A stretch of DNA of 41,211 nucleotides from Chiloscyllium plagiosum (Eukaryota), in assembly GCF_004010195.1 (NCBI RefSeq), contig NW_025214291.1, forward strand, positions 1-41,211. The letters run 5' to 3'. Made by a program: the position numbers and the translations under genes. Under the pieces are notes generated by a model. That model made no database searches and had not been told where the DNA came from. It was given only the letters and a program-made list of their open reading frames with translations. Below are positions 33,890-41,211 of the stretch, piece by piece (the first letter of the stretch is position 1; each line of letters starts with the position of its first letter).

Positions 33890-36800
33890 TGGCCAGGGTA
33901 GAAATGAAAGAATAGGCAGGTTCAACACGTGGCTTGAGGGATGGTGTAGGAGGGAGGGCTTCAGATTTGTGGAACGTTGGGACCGGTTCTGGGGAAGGTG
34001 GGACTATTACAAATTGAATGGACTACGCCTGAACCAGGCTGGAACTGACGTCCTTGGGGGGAGTTTTGGCGACTGCTGCTGTGGAGGGTTTAAACTAATG
34101 TGGCACAGGGGCTGGGAACCAGAAGAGAAGACTCGTAGACAGCGAGGTGGAGACTGGAGACTGTAAGGATCATGAAGTTAGCATTACCAAGGGGAAGAGA
34201 AGGCAGACAGCAGATGAACTCAAAGGAACTGGTGGTCTGAAGTTTAATGCAAGGAGTATAGTGGGTAAGGCAGACAAACTTAGGGCTTGGATTGGTGCCT
34301 GGGAGTATGACGTTATTGCGATCACAGAGACTTGGGTGAAGGAAGGACATGACAGGCAAGTAAACGTTCCAGGATATAGATGCTTCAAACAGGACAGGGA
34401 AGGAAGTAAAGGTGGGGGGATGGTTGCATTGCCGGTCAGGAATGATATCACGGCTGTGCTAAAGGAGGACACTATGGAGGACTTGAGCAGTGAGGTATTA
34501 TGGGTAGAGCTGAAAAATAAAGGTGCAGTTACATTGTTGGGGCTGTACTACAGGCCTCCCAATTGTGAGCGTGAGGTAGAAGAACAAATGGGTAAACAGA
34601 TTATGGAAAGGTGTAGAGGCAACAGAGTGGTGGTGATGGGAGATTTTAATTTTCCCAACATTGCATCAGAGGCCTGGATGGGGCAGAATTTGTAAGGAGC
34701 ATCCAGGAAAGTTTTCTAGAGCAGTATGTCATTGAGTCCAATGAGGGAAGAGGCCATATGGGACCTGATATTGGGGAATGAGCCCAGGCCAGGTGGTAGA
34801 AGTTGCGGTGGGGGATTTTTTTGGGAACAGTGACCACAATTCTGTAAGTTTTAGAATACTCGTAGACAAAGATGAGAGTGGTCCTAAGGGAAGAGTACTA
34901 AACTGGGCCAAGGCCAATTACATCAAAGTTAGGCAGGAGCTGGGAAATGTGGATTGGACACAGCTATTTGAAGGGAAGTCTACATTTGAGATGTGGGAGG
35001 CTTTCAAAGATAGTGCAGGACAGGCATGTCCCGTTGAAAACAAGGGATAGGAAGGGCAAGATTCGTGAACCATGGATGACGGGAGAAATTGTACGACTAG
35101 CCAAGAGGAAAAGGGAAACGTACATAAGGTCTAGGCAGCTTAGAACAGAATGGGCCCTGGAGGAATATTGAGAGAGTAGAACAAGTCTTAAACGAGGAAT
35201 CAAGCGGGCTAAAAGGGCTCATGAAATAGCTTTAGTGAGCAGAATTAAGAAGAATCCCAAAGCATTTTATTCTTATATAAGAAGCAAGTGGGTAACTAGA
35301 GAAAGGGTTGGTCCATTAAAGGATAATGAAGGAAGGCTGTGTGCCGAACCTGAGAGAATGGGTGAGATTCTGAATGATTACTTTGCATCAGTGTTCAATG
35401 AGGAGAGGAACATGATGAATCTTGAGATTAGATATAGAAGTTTGATTAGTCTGGATCATGTTGACATAAGTAGGGGAGATGTGTTGGGTAGGCTGGAGGT
35501 TATTAAGGTGGACAAATCCCCAGGACCGGATGGGATCTATCCCAGGTTGCTGAGGGAGGCGAGAGAGGAAATAGCTGGGGCCCTGACAGATATCTTTGTG
35601 ACATCCTTAAATACAAGTGAGGTGCCAGAGGACTGGAAGATTGCTCATGTTTGTACCCTTGTACAAGAAGGGTAGTAGGGATATTCCAGTTAACTACAGA
35701 CCAGTGAGCCTGACATAGGTGATGGGAAAGTTGCTGGAGAAGGTACTGTGGTATAAGACCTATTTATATTTGTAAACGATTGGGCTTATCAATGATAGGC
35801 AACATGGTTTTTTGCAGGAGAGATTGTGCCTTACCAACTTAATAGAGTTCTTTGAGGAAGTGAGCAAGTTGATAGATGAAGGAAGGGCTGTAGATGTCAT
35901 ATAAATGGACTTTAGTAAGGCTTTGATAAGGTTCCCCATGGTAGACTAATGGAGAAAGTGAAGTCACACGGTGTGCAAGGTGTTCTGGCTAGGTGGGTAA
36001 AGAACTGGCTGAGCAACGGGAGACAGAGTGTAGTAGTTGAAGGGAGTTTCTCGAAATGGAGAAAGGTGACCAGTGGTGTTCCACACCAGGTCAGTGCTGG
36101 GGCCACTGTTGTTTGTGATATACACAAATGATCTGGAAGAGGGCACTGTTGGTATGATCAGCAAGTTTGCAGATGACACGAAGATTGGTGGAATAGCAGA
36201 AAGCATAAGGGACTGTCAAAGAATACAGGAGAATATAGATAGACTGGAGAGTTGGGCGGAAAAGTGGCAGATGGATTTCAATCCAGACAAATGTGAGGTG
36301 ATGCATCTTGAGAGGTCTAATTCTAGAGCGAGCTATACTGTAAATGGAAGAGCCTTGGGAAAAGTTGATGAGCAGAGAAAACTGGGAGTTCAGGTCCATT
36401 GTACCCTGATGGTCGCTGCACAGGCGGATAGGGTGGTCAAGAAGGCATATAGTATGCTTGCCTTCATTGGACAGGGTATTGAGTATAAAAGCTGGCAGGT
36501 CATGTTAAAATTGTACAAGACTTTGGTTCAGCTGTATTTAGAATACTGTGCACAGTTTTGGTCACCACATTACCAAAAGGAAGTGGATGCTTTGGAGAGG
36601 GTGCAGAGAAGGTTAATGAGGATGTTGCCTGGTATGGAAGGTGCCAGCTATGAAGAGAGATTGAGTAGGATTGTTTTCATGAGAAAAAAGGAGATTAAGG
36701 GGGGACCTGATTGAAGTCTACAAAATCATGAAGAGTATGGACAGGGTGGATAGAGATAAGCTTATTCCCAGGGATCCAATAATATGAAGTCACATATTCA

Positions 36801-37075
36801 AGGGGAGAGGAGAAAAGCTTAAGGGGATACACGTGGAAAGCACTTCACACAGAAGGTGGTAGGTGCCTGGAACGTGTTGCCAGCAGAGGTAGAAGAGGCA
36901 GGCATGGTAGATTCATTTAAGGTGTGTCTGGACAGATACGTGAGTAGGTGGGGAGTAGAGGGATATAGATCCTTAGGAATTGGGCGACAGGTTTAGACAG
37001 CGGATTTGGATCGGCTCAGGCTTGGAGGGCCGAAGGGCCTGTTCATGGGCCGTAAATTTTCTTTGTTCTTTGTGA
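33890..37075 (+). mobile_element. Near-complete CR1 LINE: ORF1 esterase C-terminus, ORF2 APE endonuclease plus RT (disrupted), 3' tail
   Basis: WCRREGFRFVERWDRFWGRWDYYKLNGLRLN (SGNH-type ORF1); FNARSIVGK...IAITETW...YYRPPN...VVMGDFN; SKFADDTK; multiple stops and frameshifts. Confidence 0.93.
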
Positions 37076-37090
37076 TCGAGCATTTTTAGA

Positions 37091-37405
37091 ACCACAGAAT
37101 CCCCACAGTGCAGACAGAGGCCATTCAGCCTATCAAGTCTGCACTGACCCTCCGAAGGGCAGCCCACCCTATTGCCAGAACGCCATCTTCACTACACTTA
37201 ATCCACTTTGCCTGTAGAACCCTGAACACTACGGGCAATTTAGCATGGCCAAGCCACATAATCTGCACATCTTTGGACTGTGGGAGGAAACCGGAGCACC
37301 CGGAGGAAACCCACGCAGACACGGGGAGAATGTGAAACTACATGCAGACAGTTGCTCAAGACTGGAATCGAACCCAGGTCCCTGGTGCTGTGAAGCAACA
37401 GTGCC
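37091..37405 (-). mobile_element. HE1-type SINE
   Basis: GGGCAATTTAGCATGGCC...GGAAACCGGAGCACCCGGAGGAAACCCACGCAGACACGGGGAGAATG. Confidence 0.85.
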
Positions 37406-37820
37406 ATTTCAACTTGTGTTGTTAACATTTCAACAGCTTTGCAAAACCTTGTCCCAACTTTTTCCATCACCCCCTCCCACCAGCACTGAACAGAATGCAG
37501 GAGCATGGGGTACATTTACCAGCAATGATACCTGGGGAGGGCCAGTTATACAAACCCAGGGGCTTGTATTCCTTGGAATTTGAATGGCCAGGGGTGGTGA
37601 GATTTGAGGTCTTGAAGATAATTTGATGGGATGAATAGTAAACCAGAAAGGAGCAGGAACCAGATCCAACTATATAAGTAAGTTTGGAAATATCCCAAAC
37701 ATTGCTGGGTGCCTTGGTAAAAAGTGACAAAGGAGGCATTAAATTGCATTTCATGATAATAATTATTAATAGTAAATAAATCGTAAAATTTATGAATGAA
37801 AGCTGCATTTGTAGCCAATG

Positions 37821-37834
37821 CCACTAGGTGGAGC
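37821..37834 (+). promoter_or_regulatory. Candidate CTCF binding site
   Basis: CCACTAGGTGGAGC vs consensus CCASYAGRKGGCRS (1 mismatch). Confidence 0.45.
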
Positions 37835-38180
37835 ACCATACCCACATGCGCAAAATTGGAGCAACAGCTGGTGATAACCTGATAGTATGAATAATATTTT
37901 TCTAATACTTAATGCTACATCAGCTAACCACCTCCTTTCCTCTCTTTACTTTAGATAACAGATTTTAAACAATGAGCTGTGTTGGTATCAGGTCAGGACA
38001 GTACTGTGTGCGTAAGAATGCCCCACTTTGGGGCTGAAGAGTCTCTGCACACTAACTGAAATTTGACATTTGGATAGCCAATCTAATCCAGTGGGCTAAC
38101 TGATGGGTTCAGCCTGGGCTGCAGATTTTACCATGTGAACTTAAAACCTTGGTGAAATACATGTTTCTAGCAATCATAAC

Positions 38181-38495
38181 GGCGGCACGGTGGCAGTGGG
38201 TGGCACGGTGGCACAGTGGTTAGCACTGCTGCCTCACAGCGCCAGAGACCCGGGTTCAAGTCCCGCCTCAGGTGACTGACTGTGTGGAGTTTGCACGTTC
38301 TCCCCGTGTCTGCGTGGGTTTCCTCCAGGTGCTCTGGTTTCCTCCCACAGTCCAAAGATGTGCAGGTCAGGTGAATTGGCCATGCTAAATTGCCCATAGT
38401 GTTAGGTAAGGGGTAAATGTAGGGGTATGGGTGGGTTGCGCTTCGGCGGGTCAGTGTGGACTTGTTGGGCCGAAGGGCCTAATGTAATCTAATCT
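38181..38495 (+). mobile_element. Full-length HE1-type SINE with duplicated 5' head and 9-bp TSD
   Basis: A box TGGCACAGTGG, B box GGTTCAAGTCC, (AATCT)n tail; AATCATAAC at 38172-38180 and 38496-38504. Confidence 0.92.
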
Positions 38496-38864
38496 AATCA
38501 TAACATGCTGTTAAAACTTGCCAAAGGGGTTAATTAAAAACTATGTATTATAAGTAATTCAAATATTTTGCGAATGTGCCCAAAGATCTCCTACCATCAA
38601 ATGCTTCACCACAGTATTGTGATCAGTTGAAACTACACTTTGGGAAGATAGCGTTAAGTACCTTCTGCATTGACCGGAGTTTCAGTTTAGTGCTCCATTC
38701 CAAACTTGGTGAAAAAACATTACTTTCTCTTCTGTGCTGTGAGGTCATGATGTGCAGATGGATCACAGTGGCCATTTTCAATGGCAGCGTTCATCTCCCA
38801 TGTGGGAATGCACTGGCATATTCATGAATATATGCCTATCAATTAAGTGCATCCAAGAAAAGCT

Positions 38865-39085
38865 GGTATACGGCTCAGTGGCTGGCACTGCTGCCTCACA
38901 GCGCCAGGGACCCGGGTTCAATTCCAGCCTTGGTGACTGTCTGTGTGGAGTTTGCACATTCTCCCCGTGTCTGTGTGGGTTTCCTCCCACAATCCAAAGA
39001 TGTGCAGGTCAGGTGGATTAGTCATTGTAAATGCGGGGATGGGGGTGGACCTGGGGGTGGGGTGGGGATTACTCTTTGGATTGGT
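38865..39085 (+). mobile_element. HE1-type SINE, degraded
   Basis: GCACTGCTGCCTCACAGCGCCAGGGACCCGGGTTCAATTCC... Confidence 0.85.
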
Positions 39086-39109
39086 TGAATAGATTCTTTG
39101 GTTCGACAT

Positions 39110-40165
39110 TGCTATGTAGGATTGCCAATAATGAGGAAAATTGATGGGACTAAAGAGTGACCATGGAATTGAAGGCAAATTACTGAAATGGCTGGTTGAG
39201 CAATAGGCAACAGAAAGTAAGGAAAATGGGAAGGCATTCAAATTGACAATGAAGTGACCAGTGGTGTTCCACAAGGATCTGTGTGAGAGTCACAATTATT
39301 TATATAATTTATTAACAATTTGGATAGTGGCATAAGAAGTGATATGTCCAATGTTTTGGATGATACTGGTGCTAGGTGGCATTGTAGACAGTGAAGGTGA
39401 CAGCATAAAATTACAAAGGAATGTTGATAGCTTGGGTGAATGGGAAAAATGGAGTTCAATGCAAGCAAATGAGAGGTTATCCACTTCAGAATGGATCAGA
39501 ATAGACCAAGATACTTTCTTGATGAAATTAAATACAGAGATGTCCAAAGAGACATGGGGTTTTGTGGTGTACAGATCTTTAAAAAAAAAACAAGCAAGTT
39601 AATGGAATTCTGGCCTTTAGTTAAAGAGGATTGAAGGAGAAAGATGCAGGAGTCATACAAAACTCTGGTTCGAGCCCACTTGGAGTATTGTGAGCCGATC
39701 TACGCACCACACCTTAGGAAGGATAATTAGCATTACAGGGACTACAATGTAGGTTTATAAGAATGATGTCAGGATTTCAGGGGTTATGACAAGAGATTAG
39801 ACATATTAGGACTGTTTTCACTAGAATTTATAGGGTAAAGCAATGATCTGGTGGCAGTCTTCAAGGAAAAGACAGGGTCGATAAAAATAAAGTACTTCGA
39901 CTCGTTGGAAATTATAGAACTGGGGGCACGGTCTGCGGGTTGGGGCCAGATCATTCAGGAGAGATGGTAATGAAGCACTTCTGCACAAAGGGTGGTAAAT
40001 GATTGGAACTCTCTTCCACAATTGACAATGGTTGCTGGATCAGTTGGTAATTTTAAATAGATAATACTTTGTTAAGCAAATGTTTCAAGGAGTATTGGCC
40101 AAAGGAGTTTGATGAATGGTGAAACAAGCTCAAGGAGCTGAATGGAATACTTCTGTTCTGATTAT
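39110..40165 (+). mobile_element. Degraded CR1 RT and 3' fragment
   Basis: GTGACCAGTGGTGTTCCACAAGGATCTGTG (VTSGVPQGSV), RAHLEYCE-like motif, CR1-type 3'UTR. Confidence 0.8.
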
Positions 40166-40314
40166 GACATGATCACATTATCACAGACGATGGTCAGGAA
40201 TGAATTCCTCATAGTCCTGCTTCTCAAATGTTCAGGAATAATAGAGAAGGGAAGAGGACAGGTTGTGGCAGGATGCCCTTTAGTTACCAACAGTTGATGG
40301 GGGCTAATATGACG

Positions 40315-40530
40315 AGGTGGCAATGTTAATCCAGAGTAATGCTTGAGAAATGGAGATTCAAATCCCACCCACTGCATCTGGTGGTATTCAAACGTAACTA
40401 ACAAAAGTTAGTGTTATAAAGGTCACCTCAGTGATGGTGACCATGAAGTTATCATTCACTGTCATTAAAAGAAGCCCATCTGGTTCACTAAGGTCCTTTA
40501 TCTGCCAGCCTTACCTGGTCTGGCCTACAA
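40315..40530 (+). mobile_element. Second SINE family, degraded
   Basis: AATCCAGAG...TTCAAATCCCACC...CCCATCTGGTTCACTAA...CCTTACCTGGTCTGGCCTACA. Confidence 0.65.
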
Positions 40531-40584
40531 TTCCTTAGCTCGTAGAATTGTCTGCCACTGAAAGCTTTCAAGGAGGTATAGTTT

Positions 40585-40895
40585 AGCTTAGATTAGATTC
40601 CCTACAGTGTGGAAACAGGCCCTTCGGCCCAACCAGTCCACACCGACCCGCCGAAGAGTAACCCACCCAGACCCATTTCCCTCTGACTAAAGCACCTAAC
40701 ACTGCGGGCAATTTAGCATGGCCAGTTCACCTAACCTGCACATCTTTGGACTGTGGGAGGAAACCGGAGCACCCAGAGGAAACCCATGCAGACACTGGGA
40801 GAATGTGCAAACTCCACACAGGAAAGTCGCCTGAGGCCGGAATTGAACCCGGGTCTCTGGTGCTGTGAGCCAGCAGTGCTAACCACTGAGCCACC
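40585..40895 (-). mobile_element. HE1-type SINE
   Basis: TTAGATTAGATT tail, body similar to 20075-20374. Confidence 0.88.
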
Positions 40896-41126
40896 TTGAA
40901 GAGATCAAAGGGGATGGGGCGAAAGCAGGAACAAGGTACTGAGTTGGCTGATCAGTGATAATCATATTGTTATAATGCAGATCAAACTCAACAAGAATAT
41001 GGAAAAGGGACAGACCTCTCAACCTGTCCAGCCTTATCCCCCCTTCAAGATCATGGCTGATCATCGGCCACTTTTCTCCATTTTTCTTGCAATGGAGTTT
41101 AAATAGCCCTTAAATTTCTTAAATAC

Positions 41127-41211
41127 CTGCGATCGCTGTTTCTCTCGCATTTTCACTTCCTTCTCGATGAGCTGTTGCCTGCGTGCTGTCTCCTCCTGTA
41201 GCCTCTTCTCC
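41127..41211 (-). CDS. PHLDB2: PHLDB2-like, fourth-last coding exon (partial; coiled coil)
   Basis: EKRLQEETARRQQLIEKEVKMREKQRSQ|GTATTT, phase 0 donor joining ARPLTRY of the next exon. Confidence 0.92.

Noticed and set aside
33890..37075. Active autonomous CR1
   Set aside because: ORF2 is broken by several stops and frameshifts and the 5' end is missing
38200..38270. tRNA gene
   Set aside because: A/B boxes are the tRNA-derived head of a multi-copy SINE followed by SINE body and tail

Overview
Vertebrate genomic DNA, almost certainly from a shark or other elasmobranch (inferred from the HE1-type SINEs, HER1/CR1 LINEs and Penelope-like elements). Two intron-containing genes converge tail-to-tail. 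On the + strand is an ADPRHL1 (ARH2)-like pseudo-ADP-ribosylhydrolase: exons 2, 3, 6 and 7 are visible, exon 1 was not found and probably lies upstream, and exons 4-5 were not found and probably lie in the 500-N gap. On the - strand are the last four coding exons and 3'UTR of a PHLDB2 (LL5-beta)-like gene encoding the C-terminal PH domain. Most of the rest is retroelement debris: CR1, L2, RTE, Penelope, two tRNA-derived SINE families, a probable solo LTR and a TIR element. There are two assembly gaps (9331-10111 and 17712-18211). Most notable: (1) a ~1.47-kb, 42-bp-unit minisatellite in the last PHLDB2 intron whose typical unit carries a DR5 retinoic-acid-type element fused to an IR0 (TREpal-type) palindrome; (2) several minimal hammerhead-ribozyme motifs in Penelope termini, where the copy in sense to the host pre-mRNA has a catalytic-core mutation; (3) an ADPRHL1-PHLDB2 adjacency unlike the mammalian arrangement. 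Repeat boundaries are approximate and were read by eye.
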